Below, one piece after another: positions 12,493-23,275 of a stretch of 64,000 bases of DNA (its first letter is position 1; each line of letters starts with the position of its first letter). Origin of the DNA: Thermotogaceae bacterium (GTDB taxonomy: Bacteria > Thermotogota > Thermotogae > B21-G9 > HyVt-16); assembly GCA_029981435.1 (NCBI GenBank), contig JARRBB010000003.1, positions 15,603 to 79,602 of the forward strand, written 5' to 3'. The notes below the pieces were generated by a model. That model searched no databases. It was not told where the DNA came from and saw nothing but the letters and a program-made list of their open reading frames with translations. Made by a program: the position numbers and the translations under genes.

Positions 12493-12681
12493 TTGAAAGT
12501 GCTTTTCAAAGATAAGGTGTATGAATTTAAAAATGAACTCAAGGTTAAAGAACTTATGAAAAAATTGGATTTAAATAGCGAAGAGAATCTTGTTGCGGTG
12601 AATGGTAGGCTTGTTACAGAAGATGAAACTATACCAGAAGATGCGGAAGTAAAAATAATACCCGTGGTATCGGGGGGATAA
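12493..12681 (+). CDS. ThiS/MoaD-family ubiquitin-like small protein with C-terminal Gly-Gly
   Basis: 62 aa ending ..IIPVVSGG-stop, with a beta-grasp-like pattern. TTG start 7 nt after AGGAGG. Confidence 0.6.
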   Translation: MKVLFKDKVYEFKNELKVKELMKKLDLNSEENLVAVNGRLVTEDETIPEDAEVKIIPVVSGG

Positions 12682-12683
12682 TC

Positions 12684-13763
12684 GTGATCGAAAAATTAGT
12701 GGAACTTTATCCAAAAATCGTAGAAAACTATAGAATTGTTGAAAAACGTTTAACAGACCCGGATGTTCTGGAAGATCCCAACTTGTTGAAGGAATATTCA
12801 AAAAAACATGCAAGATATTACGAATTAGTTCAGGCTTTTCAGGAACTGGAAAATCTGGAAAAAGAGCTGGAAGAATTAAAAGAAATGGAAGAAGATCCCG
12901 AAATGATGGAAATGGTTGAAGAAGAGAAAAAGCAACTTCTTGAGAAGCGCGAGCGACTTATTCCAAAGATAAAAATTCTGTTATTGCCAGAGTCTCCTAA
13001 TGATTCGAAAGATGTAATACTGGAAATAAGAGCTGCCGCTGGTGGAGAAGAAGCTGCCCTATTTGCTGCAGATTTATTCAGAATGTACTTGAAGTATGCT
13101 GAAAAAAATGGTTGGAAAGTTGAATTGATAGATTCAACTCCAACCGAACTTGGGGGGTTCAAGGAAATAGTTGCAGAAATAAAAGGAAAAGATGTTTATA
13201 GGAAAATGAAATATGAGAGTGGTGTACACAGAGTTCAAAGAATACCGGTTACAGAATCAGGAGGAAGAATACACACATCTACAGCAACGGTAGCTATATT
13301 GCCTGAAGCAGATGAAATTGACATCAGTATTGATCCTTCAGAATTGAAAATAGACACGTTCAGAGCATCTGGACATGGTGGACAACATGTCAATAAGACT
13401 GAATCAGCAGTTAGAATAGTTCATATACCAACTGGTATAACAGTGACCTCACAAAGTGAAAGATCACAATTTCAGAACAAGCAAAAAGCTTTAATGGTAC
13501 TGCGTTCTAAACTACTTAACTTGATGACTATGAAAGAAAATATAGAGAGATCAAAACAGAGAAAAATCCAAATCGGTACAGGAGAAAGAAGTGAAAAAAT
13601 AAGAACTTATAATTTCCCACAAAATAGAGTGACAGACCACAGGATAAATTTCACATTGCATAATCTTCAAAGTGTTTTGGATGGTGATTTAGACCCGATA
13701 ATAGAGAAATTGATTGAAACAGAACTTGAAGAACGATTGGGAGAGATAGAGATTGAGTCTTGA
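12684..13763 (+). CDS. prfA: peptide chain release factor 1
   Basis: GGQ motif ([17 protein letters not shown]) and an RF1-type PVT tripeptide (RIPVTES). Confidence 0.93.
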   Translation: MIEKLVELYPKIVENYRIVEKRLTDPDVLEDPNLLKEYSKKHARYYELVQAFQELENLEKELEELKEMEEDPEMMEMVEEEKKQLLEKRERLIPKIKILLLPESPNDSKDVILEIRAAAGGEEAALFAADLFRMYLKYAEKNGWKVELIDSTPTELGGFKEIVAEIKGKDVYRKMKYESGVHRVQRIPVTESGGRIHTSTATVAILPEADEIDISIDPSELKIDTFRASGHGGQHVNKTESAVRIVHIPTGITVTSQSERSQFQNKQKALMVLRSKLLNLMTMKENIERSKQRKIQIGTGERSEKIRTYNFPQNRVTDHRINFTLHNLQSVLDGDLDPIIEKLIETELEERLGEIEIES

Positions 13764-14163
13764 AGAGCTTATTTTTGAAGATAAAGAAATCGATATGAAA
13801 TTAGTCTCAAGTGATCTTTTGGCGTTTATTGGTGATGCATTTTATTCTCTTTATATAAAAACCAAATTGATAGTTCGTGGGGATTTGAAAGCAGGTGTCG
13901 TTCATGAAAAAGCAAAAGAGAGAGTATTTTCCAAAGCACAAGCAATCTCATTGGAAAAACTTTTGGATTTTTTAAATGAATCCGAAAAGTCTGTGGTAAG
14001 AAGAGCTTTGAATAGCAATGGTGCCAAAAGATATGGTAACGATCCTTATTACAGAAAAAGTACTGCATTCGAAGCATTACTCGGTTATCATTATCTTTCA
14101 AAAAATTTCGACAGGTTGAACCAGTTACTTAAAGAGGTGGAAAGATGTTCTTGTACGGAATAA
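13753..14163 (+). CDS. mrnC: mini-ribonuclease III
   Basis: [14 protein letters not shown] and [10 protein letters not shown] motifs, size about 130 aa. The mrnC-rlmB synteny matches Bacillus. Start ambiguous (TTG at 13753 or ATG at 13795). Confidence 0.8.
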   Translation: MSLEELIFEDKEIDMKLVSSDLLAFIGDAFYSLYIKTKLIVRGDLKAGVVHEKAKERVFSKAQAISLEKLLDFLNESEKSVVRRALNSNGAKRYGNDPYYRKSTAFEALLGYHYLSKNFDRLNQLLKEVERCSCTE

Positions 14164-14861
14164 ACATTTTAATGGAAGCTATAAAGTCTGGTCAGAAGAT
14201 CAAGAGGGTTTATATACTTGAAGGAATTAAAAGATTTGAAGAAATAAAAAGTATTTTAGAAAAAAACAGAATACATTTTCAGAAAGTTCCAGAGAAGATT
14301 CTAAGAAAGCTTTCAGAAGGGGAAAAGAATCAAGGGGTTGTTTTTGAAATCGATGATTTTAAATACTACAGTTTGGAAGATTTTTTAAAAATAGATAAAA
14401 AGAATTGGTTTTTAATCTTATTGGATCAGATACAAGATCCTCACAATTTAGGAGCGATAATAAGAACAGCAGTTTGCGCAGGCGCTGATGGAATTGTAAT
14501 CACCAAGGACAGAAGCGCAAAAGTAACTCCTGCTGTTGTCAAAGTTTCAGCTGGCCTGATATTTAATATTCCGATAATAATGGTAACCAACCTTGTGAAC
14601 ACGATTAAAACTCTTAAAGAAAAAGGAATATGGGTTTATGGTGCGGATATGAAGGGAAAAAACTTGTGGCAAACTGATTTCAAGATTCCTTTGGCTTTGG
14701 TAATGGGGAATGAAGGAAATGGCTTAAGAAAATTAGTTAAAGAAAGTTGTGATGAACTGGTATCCATTCCAATGAAAAATGATGCAGATTCTTTAAATGT
14801 TTCAGTAAGTACAGGAATATTAGCTTTTGAAGTTATGCGACAGAGGGAATACTCAGGTTGA
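14145..14861 (+). CDS. rlmB: 23S rRNA (guanosine-2'-O)-methyltransferase, SpoU/TrmH family (RlmB-like)
   Basis: SpoU motifs (DQIQDPHNLGAIIRTA, LVMGNEGNGL, IPM..DADSLNVSV). Confidence 0.85.
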   Translation: MFLYGINILMEAIKSGQKIKRVYILEGIKRFEEIKSILEKNRIHFQKVPEKILRKLSEGEKNQGVVFEIDDFKYYSLEDFLKIDKKNWFLILLDQIQDPHNLGAIIRTAVCAGADGIVITKDRSAKVTPAVVKVSAGLIFNIPIIMVTNLVNTIKTLKEKGIWVYGADMKGKNLWQTDFKIPLALVMGNEGNGLRKLVKESCDELVSIPMKNDADSLNVSVSTGILAFEVMRQREYSG

Positions 14862-15485
14862 TTTTGAATTAAAATATTTGCAGTAATTTGAAAAGGGGCA
14901 CTTTTGGCATTGTGGATTGATTGGTTTACAGATTTTCTTACCAAATTCAACCATGGAACCATTTATAGGTCCCCACAACTCTTTTGGTAGAATTTTCGTC
15001 AATTCTTCCTCGGTTTTTTCAGGTGTTCTTGTCGATATCCAGCCTAATCTGTTCGATATCCTGTGGACATGGGTATCAACTGCCAATGCTGGTATATTGT
15101 AACCAACCGAAAGAACGATATTTGCTGTTTTTCTTCCAACTCCCGGTAATTTAAGCAATTCACTCAAATCATTCGGAACATTTCCGTTGTATTTTTCAAC
15201 TAAAATCCTCGAGATTTCAACAATCCTTTTCGCTTTTTGTTTGTACATTCCGGCTGGTTTTATAAAAACATGAATATCTTCTGGATTGACTTTTGATAAT
15301 TCCCAAGGACTTTTATATTTTGAAAAAAGATTCTTTGCAGCTTTTTCAGTGTTTTCGTCACGTGTCCTCTGACTTAAAACAGTTGCTATTAAAACCTTGA
15401 ATGGGTCATTGTTGGAATGATACCTTGGAAAAAGTTCAATAATTTTTTTAGCTACTTCAACTATTGATTTCACATTATCCATCAT
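14853..15485 (-). CDS. nth: endonuclease III
   Basis: HhH-GPD element (LPGVGRKTANIVL) and the C-terminal 4Fe-4S cluster loop C-x6-C-x2-C-x5-C (CKPINPQCQKCPFSNYC). Confidence 0.9.
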   Translation of the reverse strand: MMDNVKSIVEVAKKIIELFPRYHSNNDPFKVLIATVLSQRTRDENTEKAAKNLFSKYKSPWELSKVNPEDIHVFIKPAGMYKQKAKRIVEISRILVEKYNGNVPNDLSELLKLPGVGRKTANIVLSVGYNIPALAVDTHVHRISNRLGWISTRTPEKTEEELTKILPKELWGPINGSMVEFGKKICKPINPQCQKCPFSNYCKYFNSKST

Positions 15486-16570
15486 ATCAACCTTTTCTTC
15501 AGATTTTCTTGATCTCGAGCAAACAAAAGTGCATCATCTTTACTTATTAAGCCTTGATTGTGTGCTCTGATCAAAGCATCATCGAACGTGACCATACCAA
15601 ATCTTCCGCCAGCTTCCATCATAGATTCTATTTGATGCAATTTGTTTTCTCTAATCAGATTTTTAATTGCCGGGGTTCCAACAAGAATTTCAACTATTGG
15701 TACAAAGCCTTTTGCATCCTTCCGAGGTAAAAGCCGCTGATAAACTATACCTATAAGGGTATTTGCAACTTGAAGTGCTATCTGTCTTTGTTGAACAGGC
15801 GGAAAAACACCTATTATTCTTTCGGGGGCAGTCGCTGCAGAATTTGTATGTATTGTTGCAAAGACCAAATGCCCTGTTTCAGCAGCTGTAAGAGCTAATT
15901 CCATTGTTTCAGGATCTCGCATTTCTCCAACGAGTATAACGTCAGGATCCTGTCTCAGGGAATATTTCAATCCATCTGCAAATGATTCTGTATCCATACC
16001 GAGCTCACGTTGATGGATGAGGGCCATTTTGTTTTCAAACAAATATTCTATAGGGTCCTCTATCGTAATTATATGTACAGGCCTTCTGGAATTTATATAA
16101 TCTATCATTGCTGCAAGTGTTGTGGATTTACCACTACCGGTTGGTCCGGCTACAAGAACTAATCCTCTGTCTCTATCACAAAATTCTCTCAGAATCGAAG
16201 GAAGACCAAGTTCATCAAAATTCCTAATATTTTTAGTTATAATTCTTAGAGCGGCTGCGATATTTTTTCTCTCGTAAAAAACGTTTGCCCTTACTCTTAT
16301 CAAATCTTCTATTCCAAAAGAAAAATCGATCTCTTTTTTGCTTTTGTTATTGCGGTTTACTCCTAATTCTTCAAGAAGAGTATTGATGCTATGCGTCAAA
16401 GTTTCATTGGAGAATGGAGGTATTTCATCATATTTTCTCAGTTTTCCATATATTCTGAAAACGGGGGGTATCCCAACTGAAAGATGAACATCTGAAGCTT
16501 CCATTCGATAAGCCTCAAGGACAAGTTTTTTTATATCGATTATACTATCTTGTTTTTTTATTTCTATCAT
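15482..16570 (-). CDS. pilT: type IV pilus retraction ATPase PilT
   Basis: Walker A GPTGSGKSTT, Asp box, Walker B ILVGEMRD, His box. Start set at the ATG at 16570 (MIEIKK..) behind AGAGGTGA. The track's 70-aa N-terminal extension has no RBS and no homology pattern. Confidence 0.85.
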   Translation of the reverse strand: MIEIKKQDSIIDIKKLVLEAYRMEASDVHLSVGIPPVFRIYGKLRKYDEIPPFSNETLTHSINTLLEELGVNRNNKSKKEIDFSFGIEDLIRVRANVFYERKNIAAALRIITKNIRNFDELGLPSILREFCDRDRGLVLVAGPTGSGKSTTLAAMIDYINSRRPVHIITIEDPIEYLFENKMALIHQRELGMDTESFADGLKYSLRQDPDVILVGEMRDPETMELALTAAETGHLVFATIHTNSAATAPERIIGVFPPVQQRQIALQVANTLIGIVYQRLLPRKDAKGFVPIVEILVGTPAIKNLIRENKLHQIESMMEAGGRFGMVTFDDALIRAHNQGLISKDDALLFARDQENLKKRLI

Positions 16571-16735
16571 CAATTCATCACCTCTTTTTAATATTTGTGT
16601 ATAAATATTGAAACCCAAATTATGGAATAATAGATATAAGTGATGATTTCCACATTCTGCTTTTGTTTTTATAATTATATTATATAATATACCAGGTTTA
16701 AATTTTAAATTATTTTTCTGAAAGGAGGAATTTTG

Positions 16736-17680
16736 ATGCCATTTGTTAACACTAAAGAAATATTGGAAGATGCAAATCAAAGAGGTTATGGCGTAGCTGC
16801 TTTTAACATCAACGATTTAGAATTTTTTATGGCGATTTTCGAGGCGGGGGTCGAAGAGAGATCACCAATAATAATTGAAACAAGTGAAGGTGCTCTTAAG
16901 TATGCAGGCTTGGGGAATCCTTTAAGAGGCGCGAGATTTTTTTACGAACTTGTTAGAAATTATGCTGAATCAGTTGATATTCCAATATCTTTGCACCTTG
17001 ATCATGGCAAAAAATTCGAATACATCATGGCTGCTATCAAATCCGGATACACTTCGGTAATGATTGATGCATCACATCTTCCATTTGAACAGAACGTCGA
17101 GGAGACAAAAAAAATAGTTGATATCGCTCACGCAGTCGGAGTGTCTGTGGAAGCTGAACTTGGAAGATTGATGGGAGTTGAGGATAACGTATCGGTATCT
17201 GAGAAGGATGCAATCCTTGTAAATCCAGATGAAGCTGAAGAATTTGTAGCCAGAACTAAAGTAGACTTTTTAGCCCCAGCAATTGGGACAAGCCATGGTG
17301 CATTTAAGTTCAAGGGAGAAGCCAAACTGGATTTTGAAAGATTGAAGAAGGTTAAGGAAAAAACAGGTATTCCCCTTGTGCTTCATGGTGCTTCAAGTGT
17401 TCCACAGGAATTGGTGGAACTTGCTAACAATTACGGAGCTGAAATTGAAGGTACCAAGGGTGTTCCTTTTGAAGTTTTGAAAGAAGCGGTAAAATATGGG
17501 ATAAACAAGGTTAACACAGATACTGATTTAAGAATGGCTTTTATGGCTTACCTTAGAAAGACACTGAGCGAAAAGAAAACAGAATTCGATCCGAGAAAAT
17601 ATTTCAAAGAACCTATGGATGCTGTAAAGGAAGTTGTGAAGGAAAGAATGAGAGTTTTGGGTTCATCAGGAAAGGCTTGA
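16736..17680 (+). CDS. fba: class II fructose-1,6-bisphosphate aldolase
   Basis: Class II FBA pattern (GYGVAAFN, HLDHG, GTSHGAFKF, LVLHGASS). GGAGG 6 nt before the ATG at 16736. Confidence 0.92.
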   Translation: MPFVNTKEILEDANQRGYGVAAFNINDLEFFMAIFEAGVEERSPIIIETSEGALKYAGLGNPLRGARFFYELVRNYAESVDIPISLHLDHGKKFEYIMAAIKSGYTSVMIDASHLPFEQNVEETKKIVDIAHAVGVSVEAELGRLMGVEDNVSVSEKDAILVNPDEAEEFVARTKVDFLAPAIGTSHGAFKFKGEAKLDFERLKKVKEKTGIPLVLHGASSVPQELVELANNYGAEIEGTKGVPFEVLKEAVKYGINKVNTDTDLRMAFMAYLRKTLSEKKTEFDPRKYFKEPMDAVKEVVKERMRVLGSSGKA

Positions 17681-17713
17681 TGTTATCAACAAAAAACTTC
17701 AGGAGGTAAAAAA

Positions 17714-18925
17714 ATGCTTGTTTTGGTAATAAACTCAGGAAGTTCTTCCATCAAATATCAGTTGATAGATATGAATGATGAAAAGGTTATTAGTAAAGGA
17801 ATGATTGAACGAATAGGAATTGAAGGTTCGAGAATGAAGCATAAAAAAAATGCTGAACAATTTGTCATTGAAAAAAATATACCTGATCATGAAGTGGGGC
17901 TGGCATTACTTTTAGAAGTACTTCAAGATGAAAAGATGGGAGTCATAAAAGATTTAAGTGATATAAAGGCTGTTGGTCATAGAGTGGTACATGGTGGTGA
18001 GAGGTTCGCAAGCTCTGTAAGAATAGATGAAGAGGTTTTAAAAGCTATCGAGGAAAATGCTGTGCTTGCTCCGTTACATAATCCTCCAAACATAGCCGGT
18101 ATAAAAGCAGCCATGAAATTACTCCCGAATGTTCCACAGGTTGCTGTTTTTGATACCGCTTTCCATCAGACTATGCCCAAAAAAGCGTATCTTTATGCCA
18201 TACCTTATGAATATTATGAAAAATACAAAATCAGAAGATATGGATTTCACGGAACATCTCATAGATATGTTTCAAAACGCGCTGCGGAAATTCTTGGAAA
18301 AAAGTATGAGGAATTGAAAATAATAACTTGCCACCTTGGTAATGGTGCTTCTATAGCTGCTGTGAAAAATGGAAAGTCCGTTGATACATCCATGGGATTT
18401 ACACCTCTTGAAGGTCTTGTAATGGGAACACGCTCCGGTGATCTTGATCCCGCTATAGTTACTTATTTACAGGAAGTCGAGAATCTAAGTGCAGGCGAAA
18501 TTTACGAAATATTGAATAGAAAGAGTGGTGTACTTGGGCTCAGCGGTATAAGCAGTGATATGAGAGAAATCGAAGATGGTGCTATTGCCGGGGATCCTAT
18601 TGCACGATTGACTCTGGATATATACGAATACAGAATTGCTAAATACATTGGTGCTTACGCTGCTGCTATGAATGGCGTGGATGCTATTGTTTTCACCGCA
18701 GGAGTAGGTGAAAATTCGCCAATATTGAGGGAAGAAATTTGTGAGAATTATTTAGGTTATCTTGGGGTGAAAATAGATAAAGAAACAAACGATGTAAAAG
18801 GTAAAGAAACAGTTATTTCTACCCCAGATTCTAAAGTCAGTGTTATCGTAATTCCAACCAACGAGGAACTTGTAATTGCGCGAGATACTAAGGAAATCGT
18901 CGAAAAAAATTTAAAGGAACTCTGA
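17714..18925 (+). CDS. ackA: acetate kinase
   Basis: [16 protein letters not shown]-terminus, GHRVVHGG, and FHGTSH. Confidence 0.93.
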   Translation: MLVLVINSGSSSIKYQLIDMNDEKVISKGMIERIGIEGSRMKHKKNAEQFVIEKNIPDHEVGLALLLEVLQDEKMGVIKDLSDIKAVGHRVVHGGERFASSVRIDEEVLKAIEENAVLAPLHNPPNIAGIKAAMKLLPNVPQVAVFDTAFHQTMPKKAYLYAIPYEYYEKYKIRRYGFHGTSHRYVSKRAAEILGKKYEELKIITCHLGNGASIAAVKNGKSVDTSMGFTPLEGLVMGTRSGDLDPAIVTYLQEVENLSAGEIYEILNRKSGVLGLSGISSDMREIEDGAIAGDPIARLTLDIYEYRIAKYIGAYAAAMNGVDAIVFTAGVGENSPILREEICENYLGYLGVKIDKETNDVKGKETVISTPDSKVSVIVIPTNEELVIARDTKEIVEKNLKEL

Positions 18926-18941
18926 AAATGGGGGTGAAAAA

Positions 18942-19880
18942 GTGTCAGTGAATCTTATGGGGAAACACATACTTGGAATAAGAGAACTAACGTCGGAAGA
19001 GATATATCAATTAATAGAGACTGCTATTACTCTAAAAAGAGACAAACAAACAGGTAGATCCCACGAGCTTTTGAAAGGAAAAACTCTGGCAATGATTTTT
19101 CAAAAGCCTTCTCTCAGAACAAGAGTTTCTTTTGAAACAGCTATGACACATCTTGGAGGTCATGCTCTTTATTTAGGTCCTGATGATATAAAGCTTGGTA
19201 AGAGAGAAGATATAGATGATATAGCTGAAGTATTGTCAAGAATGGTTGATTTGATGATGGCCAGGGTTTTCGAGCATGTTGTCGTTGAAGAGCTTGCTAA
19301 GAATTCTAAAGTTCCTGTTGTCAATGGACTGAGTGATTTTGAACATCCAACTCAAATAATAGGAGATTTCATGACCATCTTGGAAAAAAAGAAGAAACTC
19401 GAAGGTCTAAAACTTGCTTATGTTGGCGATGGAAACAATGTCGCTAATTCTCTGATCTTTGGTGCCCCAAAAGTTGGTATGGATATATTCGTAGCTTCAC
19501 CTAAAAATTATGAGCCTAAACCAGAAGTTTTAGAACAAGCTAAGGAGTTTGCGCAGAAAGCGGGAACCATAATAGAAATAACTGAAGATCCGAAGATAGC
19601 AGTCGAAGGTGCTGATATAGTTTATACAGATGTATGGACCAGTATGGGACAAGAAGCAGAGAAGGAAGAAAGATTGAAAATATTTAAACCTTATCAGGTT
19701 AATATGGAACTACTAAAATATGCAAAACCCGACGCAATATTCATGCATTGTTTGCCAGCACATTATGGCGAAGAGGTAACAAAAGATGTTTCCAGGAGTA
19801 AATACAGCGTTATCTTCGATCAAGCAGAGAATAGATTGCATTCTATAAAATCTATTCTTGTCCACATAGCTTATAAATGA
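18942..19880 (+). CDS. argF: ornithine carbamoyltransferase
   Basis: Carbamoyl-phosphate motif SLRTRVSFE, plus HPTQ, the ornithine motif DVWTSMG, and HCLPA. Confidence 0.85.
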   Translation: MSVNLMGKHILGIRELTSEEIYQLIETAITLKRDKQTGRSHELLKGKTLAMIFQKPSLRTRVSFETAMTHLGGHALYLGPDDIKLGKREDIDDIAEVLSRMVDLMMARVFEHVVVEELAKNSKVPVVNGLSDFEHPTQIIGDFMTILEKKKKLEGLKLAYVGDGNNVANSLIFGAPKVGMDIFVASPKNYEPKPEVLEQAKEFAQKAGTIIEITEDPKIAVEGADIVYTDVWTSMGQEAEKEERLKIFKPYQVNMELLKYAKPDAIFMHCLPAHYGEEVTKDVSRSKYSVIFDQAENRLHSIKSILVHIAYK

Positions 19881-19912
19881 AAACTCTAATTTTGAAGGGA
19901 GGCATTTAATAG

Positions 19913-22048
19913 ATGGGACCAATTTATTATGCACTTATTTCAGCAGTTTTATCTTCTATTCTTGCGTTTATAATGTTAAAAAATGCAATGTCCCAAAGAA
20001 TTGGTAGTAAGCAATTGGCAGAGATATCAGGTGCAATTCAAGAAGGAGCTTCGGCGTTTTTAAAAGCTGAAGGTAAAAACATAGGAATAATTGCTATACT
20101 CGTTGCACTGGTTTTAGGAATCATATTCTTTCCTAAATATGCTTTTACACTTTTATTTGGTGCCTTTGTTTCAGAAATGGCCGGCGTTATAGGAATGTAC
20201 GCTGCCACCAGATCCAATGCAAGAGTTACTACAGGAGCTCAAAAAGGCTTATTTGAGGCATTCAAAGTTGCATTCACAGGTGGTTCAGTAATGGGATTAT
20301 CAGTTGCAGGATTTTCAGTGACAGGTTTGATGATAGTTATGTTGATATTCAAAGATGCCTTTGCTTTTAACAACATTGCGATAGGTCACACAAAAGGAAT
20401 ATCTTTCGTTGATGGTGCGATGCTTATAAGTTCATACTCACTTGGGGCCAGCTTGATTGCGCTGTTTGACAGGGTTGGTGGTGGTATGTACACCAAAGCT
20501 GCCGATATGAGTGCCGATCTGGTTGGAAAAGTCGAATGGGGTATACCGGAGGATGACCCAAGAAATCCTGCGACGATAGCTGACAACGTTGGTGACAATG
20601 TTGGTGATGTTGCAGGCCTTGGTGCAGATATCCTTGAATCGTATGTTGCGTCGATTGTTTCGGCAATAGTTTTAGCGCTTTATATGAAACTTGCTGATCC
20701 TACTATGACTGAACCACAATACAAAGGTTTAATTTATCTTCCAATATTGCTGGCTGCAGGTGGAATAGTTGCCTCAATGATAGGAGTAATAGTTGTCAGG
20801 TTGAGAAAGACTCGAAACGCTGCTAAGGCCCTTTCTTTTGGTAATCTATTTACAGGGATTCTTGTTATGATAATAATGGCTTTTACCGTTTATTTTGTAG
20901 GGCTTGACTATAAATTCAAAGATGCATTTATTCTTTTCCCTGATGTCGTTTCAAGATGGAGACCTTTCTGGGCTATTATAAGTGGTCTAATTGCTGGAAT
21001 AGTTATAAGTAGATTGAGTGAATATTATACGTCTGATGAATATAAACCTGTAAAAACGCTGGCGGAAAAGACGAAATCGGGAGTAGCTGTTAATATAACA
21101 AGCGGTCTTGCTCTTGGAATGGGAAGCACATTCTGGCCAGTATTGACACTTGCACTTGCTATACTTGCAGCATATTTGTCTGCTGGTGTTTATGGTATAG
21201 CAATAGCTGCACTTGGAATGCTTTCATTTGTAGGTTATATAGTCAGTGTTGATAGTTATGGACCTGTTGCTGATAATGCTGGCGGGATAGCTCAAATGGC
21301 TGAGCTTGACCCTAAGGTCAGGGAGATAACCGATAAGCTTGATTCGGTTGGAAATACTACGGCTGCCATAGGTAAAGGCTTTGCTATAGGTTCTGCTGCT
21401 TTTGCCGCTCTTGCATTGATAGTTTCGTATATTTGGGGGACGGCTCAGAGCGTTGAGCAACTCTCGTTGAATCCTATTATAAATCTTGTCAATCCTTACA
21501 CACTTATCGGTTTGATAATAGGTGGTATGCTTCCTTACTACTTTGCTTCTCTTTTAATAAACGGTGTTGCTGATTCGGCATTTGTGATGATTCAGGAAAT
21601 AAGAAGACAATTCACTGAAAGACCTGGAATACTTCAGGGAAAAGAAAAACCGGATTATGCGAGATGTATCGAAATAACCGCACATGGTGCATTAAAAAGA
21701 ATGATACTCCCAGGAATAATCGCAATTGTCACCCCGTTTGTAGTCGGATTCTTACTCGGTAAATCAGCAGTTGCCGGTCTTTTGATAGGCGGACTCCTGA
21801 GTGCAATAACAATAGCAATATTCTCTGCAAACTCCGGTGGTGCGTGGGACAATGCAAAAAAATATGTTGAAGCAGGAAATCTTGGTGGTAAGGGTTCTGA
21901 GGCGCATAAAGCTGCTGTAGTAGGAGATACGGTTGGTGATCCACTCAAAGATACTGTCGGACCTTCCATGGACATTCTTGTGAAACTTATGTCAGTTGTT
22001 TCACTTGTTTTTGGTTCTTTGTTCCCAGATACTCCGTTTTTCATGTAA
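19913..22048 (+). CDS. hppA: K+-dependent membrane-integral pyrophosphatase (likely Na+-translocating)
   Basis: 16-TM M-PPase with [12 protein letters not shown] and [11 protein letters not shown] motifs. GNTTAA (Ala rather than Lys) marks the K+-dependent subfamily. Confidence 0.92.
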   Translation: MGPIYYALISAVLSSILAFIMLKNAMSQRIGSKQLAEISGAIQEGASAFLKAEGKNIGIIAILVALVLGIIFFPKYAFTLLFGAFVSEMAGVIGMYAATRSNARVTTGAQKGLFEAFKVAFTGGSVMGLSVAGFSVTGLMIVMLIFKDAFAFNNIAIGHTKGISFVDGAMLISSYSLGASLIALFDRVGGGMYTKAADMSADLVGKVEWGIPEDDPRNPATIADNVGDNVGDVAGLGADILESYVASIVSAIVLALYMKLADPTMTEPQYKGLIYLPILLAAGGIVASMIGVIVVRLRKTRNAAKALSFGNLFTGILVMIIMAFTVYFVGLDYKFKDAFILFPDVVSRWRPFWAIISGLIAGIVISRLSEYYTSDEYKPVKTLAEKTKSGVAVNITSGLALGMGSTFWPVLTLALAILAAYLSAGVYGIAIAALGMLSFVGYIVSVDSYGPVADNAGGIAQMAELDPKVREITDKLDSVGNTTAAIGKGFAIGSAAFAALALIVSYIWGTAQSVEQLSLNPIINLVNPYTLIGLIIGGMLPYYFASLLINGVADSAFVMIQEIRRQFTERPGILQGKEKPDYARCIEITAHGALKRMILPGIIAIVTPFVVGFLLGKSAVAGLLIGGLLSAITIAIFSANSGGAWDNAKKYVEAGNLGGKGSEAHKAAVVGDTVGDPLKDTVGPSMDILVKLMSVVSLVFGSLFPDTPFFM

Positions 22049-22066
22049 ATAAAACATAGTTTAAAA

Positions 22067-22099
22067 AGCTGAGGCTTTTAAAAAAGCCTCAGCTTTTTT
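22067..22099 (+). terminator. rho-independent terminator after hppA
   Basis: 12-bp stem AGCTGAGGCTTT / AAAGCCTCAGCT followed by a T-run. Confidence 0.85.
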
Positions 22100-22151
22100 A
22101 TTTGAGAATTGATAACTACTAAACGTAACAAATCAAACTGTCGCTGCTTTC

Positions 22152-22180
22152 TTGACAATTTTCAGGATAAGTGCTAACAT
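22152..22180 (+). promoter_or_regulatory. sigma-A type promoter of the hrcA operon (TTGACA-17-TAACAT)
   Basis: Perfect -35 TTGACA at 22152-22157. After a 17-nt spacer comes TAACAT at 22175-22180, immediately upstream of CIRCE. Confidence 0.5.
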
Positions 22181-22184
22181 AAAA

Positions 22185-22211
22185 TTAGCACTCAATAAGG
22201 GGGAGTGCTAA
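22185..22211 (+). promoter_or_regulatory. CIRCE operator (HrcA binding site)
   Basis: Perfect match to the consensus TTAGCACTC-N9-GAGTGCTAA. It ends 1 nt before the hrcA ATG. Confidence 0.95.
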
Positions 22212-22212
22212 A

Positions 22213-23274
22213 ATGTCGAGGAAAAATAAGAAAAATCTGAATGAAAGGCAACAAAAAGTTTTATTTTGTTTGATAAAGGAATACATTAAAACTCACAAAC
22301 CTGTGAGTTCTGCAAGGTTATTAGAAGTATCAAATATAAATTACAGCAGTGCAACTATAAGAAATGATATGAGAAAACTCGATTATTTTGGATATTTAAA
22401 GCAACCTCATATGTCGGCTGGTAGAATACCGACTGACAAGGCTTTACGTTTTTATCTAAATGTTATTGAGGAAATATTGAGAACCTCGAAGGAACATGGG
22501 AGCGAGATCGATATTGATCTTCAGGAATATTTTGAAGGTGACTTCAACAAAATTCTTGAAGGTGCTATAAAACTCTTGGCGATATCCACTAATGGAATAG
22601 CCATAATAGAGAAGCCAAAGATGGAATCCTTGAAGATTTTAAGTATAAGGCTTAATAAAATAGACGAGTTCAGAACAATCGTATTTATCTCCACTGAACT
22701 GGGATTGAATGAAACTTTTACGATATTTCATCCAAACGATTTGAACTTTGCCGAACTCGAGGATTTGCTTAACAATAATTTAAAAAACATGTCAATAAGA
22801 GAAGTAAAAAAATATGTTTCAGACTTACAGATAAATTCGCAAATATGGTACGATAAAAAATTTGAAGAATTGTTGAGATTTTTGAAAAAACTTGTTGGTG
22901 AACATTTTGAGGAAGGCTTTTTGAAATATGGATTTCAGCGTATAATATTGCATGATTTGATAGATCTAACTGACATACGTAATGTAATAGGTTTCGTAGA
23001 GAATGATAGACTTTTACAAAAGTTTCTTGAAGAAGATTTTCCGCTGGAATCTTCAGATGATATGAAAGTAATTATAGGTTCTGAAAGTAGTTTAAGAGAT
23101 CTTGAAGCATTCTCGTTTTTTTTAACCAATTATAAGATTCTTGATAGAAAAATTGGTCGATTGCTTTTAGTAACACCAAAAATAATAGATTATCAAAGAA
23201 CGATTCAACTTGTAGAATACGTTTCAAACAGATTGACAGAAATATTGACACGACTTGCTAAAAGGAGGGATTGA
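22213..23274 (+). CDS. hrcA: heat-inducible transcription repressor HrcA
   Basis: N-terminal winged helix (ERQQKVLFCLIKEYIKTHKPVSSARL) and the CIRCE context. Confidence 0.9.
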   Translation: MSRKNKKNLNERQQKVLFCLIKEYIKTHKPVSSARLLEVSNINYSSATIRNDMRKLDYFGYLKQPHMSAGRIPTDKALRFYLNVIEEILRTSKEHGSEIDIDLQEYFEGDFNKILEGAIKLLAISTNGIAIIEKPKMESLKILSIRLNKIDEFRTIVFISTELGLNETFTIFHPNDLNFAELEDLLNNNLKNMSIREVKKYVSDLQINSQIWYDKKFEELLRFLKKLVGEHFEEGFLKYGFQRIILHDLIDLTDIRNVIGFVENDRLLQKFLEEDFPLESSDDMKVIIGSESSLRDLEAFSFFLTNYKILDRKIGRLLLVTPKIIDYQRTIQLVEYVSNRLTEILTRLAKRRD

Positions 23275-23275
23275 T

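Noticed and set aside
16571-16780. 70-aa N-terminal extension of the pilT ORF.
   Set aside because: It has no SD, and the extension runs through the divergent fba promoter region and even overlaps the fba start. PilT homology begins at MIEIKK, which has a good SD.
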